DNA from: Bacteroidota bacterium | GTDB lineage: Bacteria; Bacteroidota; Bacteroidia; Chitinophagales; Chitinophagaceae | Reading direction: 5' to 3' | Assembly: GCA_023415275.1 (NCBI GenBank) | Contig: JAEZLJ010000164.1 | Span: 3,263 to 67,262 of the forward strand | DNA: 64,000 nt | Part shown: positions 29,803-38,797 of the stretch, in pieces | How the letters are laid out: each line of letters starts with the position of its first letter | Position numbering within the stretch: position 1 is the stretch's first letter | The notes under the pieces: model-generated | Databases searched by the model: none | Told to the model about the DNA's origin: nothing | Seen by the model: the letters and a program-made list of their open reading frames with translations, nothing else | Translations under genes and position numbers: made by a program

Positions 29803-31032
29803 ATGCAGGGATTAAAAGAAAACCGTGGACAGTTTTATTTATTGGTGTTGATCAATGCCTTTGTAGGAAGTATGGTAGGATTGGAAAGAGCTGTCCTGCC
29901 AGGGCTCGCCCAAAGCTTTCATCTAAATGGCTACATGGCCATGCTGTCTTTCCTCGTTGCCTTTGGTAGCAGCAAGGCCATCTTCAATTTACTGACTGGC
30001 AAACTGACCAACCTGTTAACCAGTAAGAAAGTATTATTGCTCGGCTGGATAGCGGCCCTTCCTGTGCCTTATCTTTTAATGTATGCTCCTAATTGGAACT
30101 GGATCATAGTGGCCAATATCTTCCTCGGCATCAACCAGGGACTTGCCTGGTCTTCTACCGTGATCATGAAGATTGACCTGGTAGGTGAAAAGAACCGTGG
30201 CTTTGCCATGGGCATCAATGAATTTGCCGGCTATCTTTCAGTGGGCTTAGCCGCTTACCTGGCCAGTGCCATTGCTGCAGCAAAAGGTGTGGCTTTCTTC
30301 CCTTTCCTCCCTGGAATATTATTTTCCATGGCAGGCCTGTTGCTAACCATTTTCCTGGTAAAGGACACCTTGCCACATGTGCAATATGAAGCGGGGATCA
30401 GTAAGCTTCCGTTATTAAAAAATCTTTGGCGTGAAACTTCTTTCCACCACCATAATATTGGCAGCGTAACCATCAACGGCTTTGTCAACAACCTGAATGA
30501 TGGTGTGATCTGGGGCTTGTTGCCGGTGTTGCTGTTACAGCAACATTTTTCACTTTCACAAACAGGCCTGGTGGCAGGTGTCTATCCCGCTGTATGGGGA
30601 CTTGCCCAGGTAGTTACGGGTAAGCTGGGCGACCGCTTCTGTAAAAAGCAACTGATAGTCTCCGGTATGCTGATCCAGGCCATTGGCCTCGTACTGCTTA
30701 CCTTTCCATTGAATTTTTTTATGGCCATCCTGGCTATGGTGCTACTGGGTGGCGGCACCGCACTGGTGTATCCCAACTTCCTGACCGTGGTTGCAGAAAA
30801 TACACACCCTTATCAACGGGCCCAAAGCCTAAGCCAGTTCAGGTTCTGGCGAGACAGCGGCTACGTGGTTGGAGCGTTGATAGCAGGCATACTGGCAGAT
30901 GCCATAGGTGTTACACACACGCTGCTCTTCATAGCCATGGTGACAGCAGGTGCAGGTTTGCTGGCTCAACTAAGAATGTGCTGCACAGCCAGGCTCTTAT
31001 GGAAAAGCAAGGTCTGTACAGAGCTCTACTAA
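29803..31032 (+). CDS. MFS transporter
   Basis: It has twelve TM segments and a GKLGDRF-type loop motif. The start is set at MQGLKENRG. Confidence 0.85.
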   Translation: MQGLKENRGQFYLLVLINAFVGSMVGLERAVLPGLAQSFHLNGYMAMLSFLVAFGSSKAIFNLLTGKLTNLLTSKKVLLLGWIAALPVPYLLMYAPNWNWIIVANIFLGINQGLAWSSTVIMKIDLVGEKNRGFAMGINEFAGYLSVGLAAYLASAIAAAKGVAFFPFLPGILFSMAGLLLTIFLVKDTLPHVQYEAGISKLPLLKNLWRETSFHHHNIGSVTINGFVNNLNDGVIWGLLPVLLLQQHFSLSQTGLVAGVYPAVWGLAQVVTGKLGDRFCKKQLIVSGMLIQAIGLVLLTFPLNFFMAILAMVLLGGGTALVYPNFLTVVAENTHPYQRAQSLSQFRFWRDSGYVVGALIAGILADAIGVTHTLLFIAMVTAGAGLLAQLRMCCTARLLWKSKVCTELY

Positions 31033-31130
31033 AAGTGAAGTGGAAAGCCGGTAGAAAAAAATTGTGCAGCCTATAGTTCAAACACAGTGAAGAAGGGATA
31101 CAATTTCAATGCTGTTGCCTGTTACTTAGG

Positions 31131-31724
31131 TTACAATAATGCTTTTAGCTGCGCAATAAATTCACTGTTGTCATAATTGGCAAAGCCTTCATGTTTAAAA
31201 ACCACCTTGCCTGTTTTATCAAGCACCACTGTAGTGGGTAAGGTGCCGGAATAGATGCCCGAAGGGGCATTGCCCGCACGGGTAAACAAAGGCATTACAA
31301 ATCCCTTTTTTTGCAAAAACTCTTTTGCCTTTTCAGGATCTTCATCTTCATTGATAAAAAGAAAAACAAACCGCTCATCTCCACGTAACTGCTTGTACAT
31401 GGCATTCATACCTGGCATCTCCGCCACGCAGGGCGGGCACCAGGTAGCCCAAAAATTAATGAATACAACCTTGCCTTCCAGTTCGGCGGTGGAGCTGGCC
31501 ACACCATTCACATCACGAAACACAAAATGCTGAGCAGGCGCCTGGTTTTGATTCACCACTGCTTCTTTTTTCATTCCCGCTTTAAACAGTCCCACGTTCA
31601 TGAACTGCCTTAACAGCCATGCTTTAGCTGCAGGATTAAAAACCAGGAGCAAAAGCAATCCAATGAATAGATAATTGCCTACTTTTTTTACAATAGGTTT
31701 ATTGAACTTTTGCATGAATGACAT
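31131..31724 (-). CDS. TlpA family thiol:disulfide oxidoreductase
   Basis: An N-terminal anchor is followed by the thioredoxin fold motif FWATWCPPCVAEMP. Confidence 0.85.
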   Translation of the reverse strand: MSFMQKFNKPIVKKVGNYLFIGLLLLLVFNPAAKAWLLRQFMNVGLFKAGMKKEAVVNQNQAPAQHFVFRDVNGVASSTAELEGKVVFINFWATWCPPCVAEMPGMNAMYKQLRGDERFVFLFINEDEDPEKAKEFLQKKGFVMPLFTRAGNAPSGIYSGTLPTTVVLDKTGKVVFKHEGFANYDNSEFIAQLKALL

Positions 31725-31786
31725 ATTGGTATTGAATGGCCAGGGGAAAATATAACCCTGGTGCTTATAATAAAATGCAAACTTTC

Positions 31787-32092
31787 CTAGCCTGTTTGTA
31801 AGGCATTCCAGGCACCACCATTATACACTTCAATCCCTGCAGATTTTAAAATAGTTTTGGCCATAGCGCTTCGGCTACCGCTACGGCATACCGTTACCAC
31901 TGGCTTATTCCATTGGCGGATGATGTCGGCTTTCAATTTGATCTCATTCAAAGGAATATTCTTAGACCCGGCAATATGGCCTTGCTGGTATTCAGCCTTT
32001 GTACGCACATCCAGTATTACGGCACCCTGCTGCAGCGCTTCGGAAAGACCTGCATTACCAGTTGAAAACAGGCGTTTGATAAATGAAAACAT
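31787..32092 (-). CDS. Single-domain rhodanese sulfurtransferase
   Basis: It has the active-site loop CRSGSRS and GHIAGSKNIP. The start is set at MFSFIKRL. Confidence 0.85.
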   Translation of the reverse strand: MFSFIKRLFSTGNAGLSEALQQGAVILDVRTKAEYQQGHIAGSKNIPLNEIKLKADIIRQWNKPVVTVCRSGSRSAMAKTILKSAGIEVYNGGAWNALQTG

Positions 32093-32166
32093 CAGTAATA
32101 ATTTTTTAAGTATAAGAACCATGCAAGGGCAGGTTACACGTCATTTTCTTACCTGCCCATGAACCA

Positions 32167-33585
32167 TTATTGAACTAAAGTGGTAGGACATACATAATCA
32201 GTGACAGGAAGTGCGCCTGATTCCTTTATGGCCTTAAATCCACCCTTTACATCCACCAGTTGATCAAATCCCCTGGCTTTTAATATAGAAGCGAAGATCA
32301 TGGAGCGGTAGCCACCGGCACAATGCACATAATAAGGCTGGCCCTTATCCAGCGAAGACAATTGTTCATTGATATTGTCCAATGGTGTATTGATAGCTCC
32401 TTCCATATGCTCTGCCTTGTATTCTGAAGGTTTACGTACGTCCAGTACCGTTACTTTGTCTTTTGAAAGGTTTTTAGCCAATTCTTCTGCCGTGATGGAC
32501 ACAATATGATCTACTTGCTTACCGGCGGCTTTCCAGGATTCAAATCCACCTTTCAAAAAACCTATGGTATGATCATATCCTACTCTCGCCAGGCGGGTGA
32601 TCACTTCTTCCTCCCTGCCGTCATCAGCCACAATCAGTATTTGTTGTTTGATATCCGGGATCAGTGCTCCCACCCAGGGTGCAAAGGATCCATCAATACC
32701 AATGTTGATAGAATTGGGAATAAAGCCCCTGGCAAATGTTTGAGGATCCCTGGTGTCTAGTACCAGAGCGCCTGTTTCGTTAGCGGCTGTTTCAAAAGCT
32801 TCGGGTGAAAGCGCATGGTTTCCTCTTTCCATGACTTCTGCAATGCTTTCGTAACCTTCTTTGTTCAACATTACATTCAAAGGAAAATAAGCCGGGGGAG
32901 TGGTTAATCCTTCAGTCACCTCTTTGATAAACGCATCCCTGCTCATATCGGCACGCAAAGCATAGTTGGTTTTTTTCTGGTGGCCCAGCGTGTCCGAGGT
33001 TTCTTTGCTCATATTCTTGCCGCAGGCGCTTCCTGCCCCGTGGGCAGGATACACAATGATATCGTCTGAAAGAGGCATGACCTTGTTGCGCAGCGAATCG
33101 AAAAGCAACCCTGCCAGTTCATCCTGCGAAAGGTGGGCAGCCTTCTGCGCCAGGTCCGGACGGCCTACATCCCCAATGAACAGGGTATCGCCTGAGAACA
33201 AGGCCACATCTTTACCCTTTTCATCACGCAGCAGGTAGCAGGTGCTTTCCATGGTATGCCCGGGGGTATGCAACACCTTGAAGCTTACGTGGCCTACTTG
33301 GAATTCCTCGCCGTCTTTGGCAATATGGGCTTTGAACGATGGCTCCGCAGTTGGCCCATACACTATGGGTGCACCGGTTTGTTTGGAAAGATCCAGGTGG
33401 CCGGAAACAAAGTCCGCATGAAAATGGGTTTCAAACACATATTTGATTTGAGCTCCATTGGCCTTAGCCTTTTGCACATAGGACTCAACCTCTCTCAATG
33501 GATCAATCACTACTGCTTCTCCTTCACTTTCTATATAATAGGCACCTTGTGCCAGGCAACCGGTATATATCTGTTCTATTTTCAT
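32167..33585 (-). CDS. MBL-fold persulfide-dioxygenase-like protein fused to two rhodanese domains (CstB/Blh-like)
   Basis: The N-terminal metallo-beta-lactamase motif is THFHADFVSGH. The middle rhodanese-like domain has no catalytic Cys. The C-terminal rhodanese domain has the active loop HCAGGYRS. Confidence 0.9.
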   Translation of the reverse strand: MKIEQIYTGCLAQGAYYIESEGEAVVIDPLREVESYVQKAKANGAQIKYVFETHFHADFVSGHLDLSKQTGAPIVYGPTAEPSFKAHIAKDGEEFQVGHVSFKVLHTPGHTMESTCYLLRDEKGKDVALFSGDTLFIGDVGRPDLAQKAAHLSQDELAGLLFDSLRNKVMPLSDDIIVYPAHGAGSACGKNMSKETSDTLGHQKKTNYALRADMSRDAFIKEVTEGLTTPPAYFPLNVMLNKEGYESIAEVMERGNHALSPEAFETAANETGALVLDTRDPQTFARGFIPNSINIGIDGSFAPWVGALIPDIKQQILIVADDGREEEVITRLARVGYDHTIGFLKGGFESWKAAGKQVDHIVSITAEELAKNLSKDKVTVLDVRKPSEYKAEHMEGAINTPLDNINEQLSSLDKGQPYYVHCAGGYRSMIFASILKARGFDQLVDVKGGFKAIKESGALPVTDYVCPTTLVQ

Positions 33586-33668
33586 ATCAATAGGTTTTTA
33601 ATTTTCCTGAACAAAATTCGCTTTCCCCATGCTTACCTTCCGTGACACCGATCACAGTTGGAAATCCA

Positions 33669-34472
33669 TTATTTCAGCAGGGTTTCTTTTATAATAATGT
33701 AGATGCCCATCACCAGCACAAACCAGCCAAAGCCCTTCCTGAGCTTATTGCCCGGGATCTTTTTTCCCATGGAGCCGCCAATAAAAATACCGGCAATGGC
33801 TATAGCACTTACTTTAGCCAGGAATATCCAGTCGATGGTAAAATGCCCGAGATCGCCGGTGAACCCGATCAGCGAATTCAGGGCAATGATCATCAGTGAA
33901 GTACCTATAGCTTTTTTCATGGGCAGCCTTAACAAAAACACGAGTGCCGGTATCAGCAAAAAGCCACCTCCAGCACCCAAAAAACCCGTTACCAGGCCAA
34001 TGGCAATACCATAGGCCACCAACTTGCCAAAACGGATGCTATCCATAGATTCGTTATCCGCCACTACCTGTTTTCTTTTTGAGCTACGTATCATGCTGAT
34101 AGAAGCCAGGAGCATGAGAAGCGCAAAGAGAACCATTGTAAGTAAAGATTCGGTAATGGTAAAGCTGCCAATGGTGGCTATTTGTTTGGGAATGGCAGGC
34201 ACCAGGAACTTGCGGGTAAGAAATACCGTGACAATAGAGGAAGCTCCAAACAGCAGGGCCGCCTTCACATTTACCATTCCTTTCCGAAGATTGTTCAGCG
34301 CACCGACCAGGCTGGTAGATCCCACAACAAACAGGGAATAGGAAGTGGCCAGCAGGGGTTGCAGTCCAAACAGGTACACCATTACAGGCACCGTAAGTAT
34401 TGAACCACCGCCACCGATCAGTCCCAGCGAAATGCCAATGAGTAAGGATGCTATATAACCAATTAATTCCAT
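33669..34472 (-). CDS. TauE/SafE family sulfite exporter
   Basis: It is a membrane protein with the repeated GGGGSILTVP and GAGGGFLLIPAL motifs. The start is set at MELIGYIASL, because the upstream 45 codons look non-coding. Confidence 0.85.
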   Translation of the reverse strand: MELIGYIASLLIGISLGLIGGGGSILTVPVMVYLFGLQPLLATSYSLFVVGSTSLVGALNNLRKGMVNVKAALLFGASSIVTVFLTRKFLVPAIPKQIATIGSFTITESLLTMVLFALLMLLASISMIRSSKRKQVVADNESMDSIRFGKLVAYGIAIGLVTGFLGAGGGFLLIPALVFLLRLPMKKAIGTSLMIIALNSLIGFTGDLGHFTIDWIFLAKVSAIAIAGIFIGGSMGKKIPGNKLRKGFGWFVLVMGIYIIIKETLLK

Positions 34473-34520
34473 TAGTATTATTATGATTGTGCAAAGCTGG
34501 AAAAAGGTATCGTCGTTTAC

Positions 34521-34536
34521 CGTGATACTGATCACG
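34521..34536. promoter_or_regulatory. Perfect 16-bp palindrome CGTGATACTGATCACG, a candidate Crp/Fnr-family operator
   Basis: The core GTGAT-N4... reads as GTGA-N6-TCAC (CRP-like) and also as TGAT-N4-ATCA (FNR-like). It lies about 50-65 nt upstream of the TauE start and downstream of the adjacent Crp/Fnr gene. Confidence 0.45.
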
Positions 34537-34746
34537 CATGAACCTTTAAACTTATTCCCGGCTACAAGATTAATATTTAATTTTCCAAGACATAGCCTGC
34601 TACCCAATTCAGGAATGAAAGAGGATAATTAAGAAAGAAAGGTTTGCCCGTCCATGTTAAGAATTTCTCCGGTAACTCCGGGCAGGCGAGAGGCATTTAA
34701 AATAAAGAAATGGGAAAAAAGCAGGTGTTGAACGGCGTGCGCTTCA

Positions 34747-35391
34747 TTATAAGGCTTTATCCAGGTCCAGCAGCTCCACGTGTGAACCATGCAATTTGAT
34801 CACGCCTTTTTCTGAGAGCTTTTTCATCAGCCTGGAGATCACCTCCCGTGAGGAATTCAGATCCTGGGCTATTTCCCTGTTTGATAAGGTCATGATATTG
34901 CTGTTGAACTGTTGCTGGTGACGGCGCATATAAAAAACCAGGCGTTCATCCATGTTCCGGAAGGCAATATGATCGATGGTTTGCAATAACTCTTCAAAGC
35001 GTTCGCGGTAGGTGCTTACCGCAAACTGCGCCCAGCTTTTATACCTGCCCATCCATTCATTCACCACGTCCACAGGCACACTCAATATGGTAGATGGCTT
35101 AATGGCCCTGGCCATCACTTCACTGCGTTCCTGGCCCAGTGCACAGACCAGGGATATAGCACAGGCTTTCCCTCCATCGAGGTAGTACATAAAGAACTCA
35201 TTGCCATCATCATCCTCCCGGTAGATCTTGATCAGACCATCCAACACCAGCAGGGTAGAGCGGATGTTTTGGCCTGAACGCACCAGCAATTCGCCCGGTT
35301 GTATTGTCCTGATGTCTGCAGCATTAATCATTTCCTGAATGAGTTCTTTTTCCAGCGTCGGGAAATGCTGCATCAATTCCTTTTCGGTCAT
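34747..35391 (-). CDS. Crp/Fnr family transcriptional regulator
   Basis: A cNMP-binding-like domain is followed by a C-terminal HTH (NREIAQDLNSSREVISRLMKKL). Confidence 0.85.
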   Translation of the reverse strand: MTEKELMQHFPTLEKELIQEMINAADIRTIQPGELLVRSGQNIRSTLLVLDGLIKIYREDDDGNEFFMYYLDGGKACAISLVCALGQERSEVMARAIKPSTILSVPVDVVNEWMGRYKSWAQFAVSTYRERFEELLQTIDHIAFRNMDERLVFYMRRHQQQFNSNIMTLSNREIAQDLNSSREVISRLMKKLSEKGVIKLHGSHVELLDLDKAL

Positions 35392-35506
35392 AACCCAAAG
35401 TTAACAGCAACTATACATACTCCGAAGCACCGATGATACCGCCCCCCTAACCCAGGATAGGTCAGCTACAGATACTTAATAGGGTAAGCCAGTAAGATTG
35501 TACTAC

Positions 35507-35654
35507 CCGTTACAGATATAGCTGAGCCCAGGCTCCTCCCTATCTACTAGCTATCTACGCCCGGGATACTCCGTGCGGGCCCGTTACAGATATAGCTGAG
35601 CCCAGGCTCCTCCCTATCTACTAGCTATCTACGCCCGGGATACTCCGTGCGGGC
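35507..35654. repeat. Perfect tandem duplication of a 74-nt unit
   Basis: Bases 35507-35580 and 35581-35654 are identical when read base by base (ccgttacagatatagctgagcccaggctcctccctatctactagctatctacgcccgggatactccgtgcgggc). Confidence 0.95.
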
Positions 35655-35713
35655 ACGGAGTATCCATACCTTTCATAGGGAGTAGATAGGGCGAAAGTGG
35701 GAAGGAACCTGGG
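35601..35713. repeat. Long imperfect inverted repeat (hairpin) whose left arm is the second tandem copy
   Basis: The core stem pairs GGATACTCCGTG (35638-35649) with CACGGAGTATCC (35654-35665). The outer pairings are CCCTATCTACT (35612-35622) with AGTAGATAGGG (35681-35691), and CCCAGG (35601-35606) with CCTGGG (35708-35713). Confidence 0.7.
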
Positions 35714-35929
35714 GGAAGTCCCCATAAGGAATGGGGATAAATAAGGTAATGGACAGGCTTTGTTATTACTAATATTTTTAGTATTTTAGTGTTTGAAATC
35801 CTGCTGGATTACTCCGGTCTTATGCATTGGATTCCTTCATGAAATAGATGGAGCGGAATGATACAGGCAAGGCATTGGTGACGATCGCGGTTTGGTTCAG
35901 CAGGTGCATTTTTGATATCTTCATACCTT

Positions 35930-37651
35930 ATGAGAAAACCCTTCTTTGCAACCTTATTGTTTTCTTTAGCCAGACTTTTTCTGTTGGCACAGGATACCAT
36001 TCCACACGTTCAGGGCAAGGTGGTCATTTCAGTGAAAAAGGGAACCATGGAGTGCGACCTGACCTTATCGAATATGCCGAAGCTTAGTGATTACTACCTT
36101 AGGCTGAATGCAGGTATGAATGTCAGGTATATCAAAAATGCAGAAGGTAACCTACCGCCCCTCTCCTACGAAAGATCAATGCAGGACACGCTGTCTTCCG
36201 GGGAATCACTGGCCTACTATATACCTTCCTGGACCCAAAACGGCAAATACCTCCCGCATGCCATCCGTTTCAATTATGTAGGTATGTATCCTGTGATCAG
36301 TGATAGCTCAAGCGCCCAGGACTGGAGAGGCAATATTGCTTTTAATGGCACCACCTTGCGTGCCGATGGTATTCAAAGTGCCTGGTGCCCGATATTGTAC
36401 GATGTGAAAACGGATACCAGGTATGAAAAAGTAACCTATGACCTCGATGTGACCTGTAAAGATTGCAAGGTGATCTATATCAATGGCAGTACACCTGTTG
36501 TGGGCACGTATGCGAAATTAAAAAGCTCTAATGCGCAAGACCTCACTTTATTCGCCGGTGATTTCAGATCGGTAGCCATTAACGGGAATTACTTTTTGAA
36601 TGCCGATGCCACTGACCAGCAACTCAGGGAACTGGAAAAGGCACTTCATAACTACCAGGGCTACCTGGAGCAAAAAATAGCTATTCCCTATAAAGGCAAG
36701 GCAGTGTACATTCAAACCACCCCGGTATCAAAAAATAACTCCTGGCTATTTGCCTCTTATCCTACCATAGTGAAAGTGGGTTGGGAAGAAGGCATGAAAG
36801 CATTTGCGAACAAAAAGGAAGGAGCGGGATTCATGCAGTATATGGCCCATGAATTGTCACACTATTATTTTGGAACCTACCGAAACTTCAATTCCCCACT
36901 AGGCGATATGATTTCGGAAGGCTTTGCTGAATTCCTGGCACTGCATATGACCAGAACCCAGGTCAGTGACAGCCTGTACCAAGAGAAGCTTCGGTCAAAA
37001 GCACAAGCACTGCGCAATTTCAAACCCCTGCCAATGTCCAGGATCAGTTCAAAGAACGACTACGCCAACCGGGAGCTGTATGTATATTATTATGCGCCAC
37101 TCATTTTTTCAGCTATTGAAAAAGAGATCGGGCAAGAGCACATGTGGAAATGGATAAAAGAACTGTTACAATCTCCCACCGTATTTACCAACTACCATTT
37201 TATTGAGCAGACTTTGAACAAAGTAGTTACGGACAACAAACAATTCAGGCAATTGGTTGACAAGTATTTGGAAGCTGAATCCTCCCTTCAAAATGCGCTT
37301 TCTATTCTGAATATTGCTCCTAATGAAACGACCGCCTCCACCACTGGTAAGCCTAAAGCCCAAACCTATTATTACTTCTTTTTTTCAAGGCCGGTGACGG
37401 ATGCCGGTTCCACTCAAAACAGGGTGATCAAGCACTCCGAAATTTTGCAGGCCACAGCCACCTGGGATGAATTATCTGTGATGGCACAGCCTTATTTTAA
37501 ACAGATCACCGATGAATGTGAAAATGAAGGAGGTTGCACGAGTGACCTGAACACCTATGATTCGGAGGGAAAAGCTAAAGCCGCCTTGCAGCGTTGGCTG
37601 TCAAGGTATAATAAGGATGGGACCCTGCAGGTGAAAATACTGAAGCCATAA
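35930..37651 (+). CDS. M1-like (gluzincin) zinc metallopeptidase, secreted
   Basis: It has a signal peptide and the pattern HELSH followed 18 residues later by E (MISEGFAEF), which is the HEXXH-X18-E signature. Confidence 0.75.
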   Translation: MRKPFFATLLFSLARLFLLAQDTIPHVQGKVVISVKKGTMECDLTLSNMPKLSDYYLRLNAGMNVRYIKNAEGNLPPLSYERSMQDTLSSGESLAYYIPSWTQNGKYLPHAIRFNYVGMYPVISDSSSAQDWRGNIAFNGTTLRADGIQSAWCPILYDVKTDTRYEKVTYDLDVTCKDCKVIYINGSTPVVGTYAKLKSSNAQDLTLFAGDFRSVAINGNYFLNADATDQQLRELEKALHNYQGYLEQKIAIPYKGKAVYIQTTPVSKNNSWLFASYPTIVKVGWEEGMKAFANKKEGAGFMQYMAHELSHYYFGTYRNFNSPLGDMISEGFAEFLALHMTRTQVSDSLYQEKLRSKAQALRNFKPLPMSRISSKNDYANRELYVYYYAPLIFSAIEKEIGQEHMWKWIKELLQSPTVFTNYHFIEQTLNKVVTDNKQFRQLVDKYLEAESSLQNALSILNIAPNETTASTTGKPKAQTYYYFFFSRPVTDAGSTQNRVIKHSEILQATATWDELSVMAQPYFKQITDECENEGGCTSDLNTYDSEGKAKAALQRWLSRYNKDGTLQVKILKP

Positions 37652-37821
37652 AATAATATGACCAGGAAAAGGCATGCCATGTTATGGAATTCACCCGATG
37701 CCTTGTTTGTAACAATTTAATCCTTTACGGCTTTAATACATGAAGGCGCTGCCTGTCTTTATTCATTTCATAAATATGATCAATGAATTTGCCATTGACA
37801 ACAGCTATTCCTGATTACGCT

Positions 37822-38223
37822 TTATTTTGATCTTTGATATTGCTCTTCTGTCACTTTTTCCATCCAGTCCACCACCTTGCCTTCCAGGTTTTCCTGTATG
37901 GCAATATGCGACATGCCATTTGTGGGTGAAGCACCATGCCAATGCTTTTCGTTGGGCCCGAACCATACCACATCACCCGGGTGTACTTCTTCAATGCTTT
38001 CTCCATCTTTTTGCACCCAACCAATCCCGGAAACAATGATCAACGTTTGACCCAGGGGATGAGTGTGCCAGGCTGTCCTTGCACCAGGTTCAAAGGTTAC
38101 CGTGGCAGCAGCGCCCCGCCTGGTCTCATTGGCATCAAATAAAGGATCAATTCTAACAGCACCAGTGAACCAGTCTGCAGGACCCTTGATAGAATGTTTT
38201 GTACCTGTCCTGGTAATTTCCAT
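37822..38223 (-). CDS. Cupin domain-containing protein
   Basis: It has [19 protein letters not shown] and [16 protein letters not shown]. Confidence 0.8.
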   Translation of the reverse strand: MEITRTGTKHSIKGPADWFTGAVRIDPLFDANETRRGAAATVTFEPGARTAWHTHPLGQTLIIVSGIGWVQKDGESIEEVHPGDVVWFGPNEKHWHGASPTNGMSHIAIQENLEGKVVDWMEKVTEEQYQRSK

Positions 38224-38316
38224 TGTTTATTCTTTTTTGAATGTAAAGGGTTTTGATGTATCCAGTGAAGCCATGTTCCGACATTTTATCATTCTTATGT
38301 TGATGGTGCATGTTTA

Positions 38317-38706
38317 TCATTCTTTACGAAAAATTAAAGACATCGCTTCAGGATCTATCGCATCCATATCCACCAACCTTAATGACCTGACCATTTCCAA
38401 TGTGGTAGATTTATATTTTTTAAAATGTGTCGATTTTATATGCGATTCATAGGCCTCCCTGTTTTTGTATATCTCTAAAATTCTTACCTGTGCAGGATGA
38501 TCCTTCTGGTACATGGGATAGATAGCTATCACACCAGGTTCCAGTTCTACCGATGCCCTGGATTCTTCTTTTAGGATGCGCTTATATTGTTGCAGGTAAT
38601 TTGAATCAATTTCTATTTCAGAAATGCGGATCATCATATCATGGTGCTGAGCAAAAACAGTGCAACAAAACAAAAGCACCGGCAAGAGAATAATGGAATA
38701 TTTCAT
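38317..38706 (-). CDS. Antibiotic-biosynthesis-monooxygenase (ABM) domain protein with signal peptide
   Basis: A signal peptide is followed by an ABM-like ferredoxin fold (ILEIYKNREAYESHIKSTHFKKY). Confidence 0.7.
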   Translation of the reverse strand: MKYSIILLPVLLFCCTVFAQHHDMMIRISEIEIDSNYLQQYKRILKEESRASVELEPGVIAIYPMYQKDHPAQVRILEIYKNREAYESHIKSTHFKKYKSTTLEMVRSLRLVDMDAIDPEAMSLIFRKE

Positions 38707-38797
38707 TTTTATATTTTGTTATTAACCATTACTGCAGCTTGAAATGAATGGTAAAATTGAATATTCAATCTTATTCCTTTAAGGGCATTAAATCAAA

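Noticed and set aside
33669-34607. The ORF track gives extended N-termini for TauE (312 aa), the GH3 enzyme (794 aa), the GNAT (128 aa), the MFS transporter (431 aa) and YihY (318 aa).
   Set aside because: In each case the extra residues precede a canonical family N-terminus or signal peptide and look like translated intergenic sequence. Internal ATG starts were chosen instead, and these remain uncertain by a few codons.
35507-35654. The 74-nt direct repeats could be a CRISPR array.
   Set aside because: There are only two copies. They are directly abutting with no spacer, the unit is far longer than CRISPR repeats, and no cas genes are in the window.
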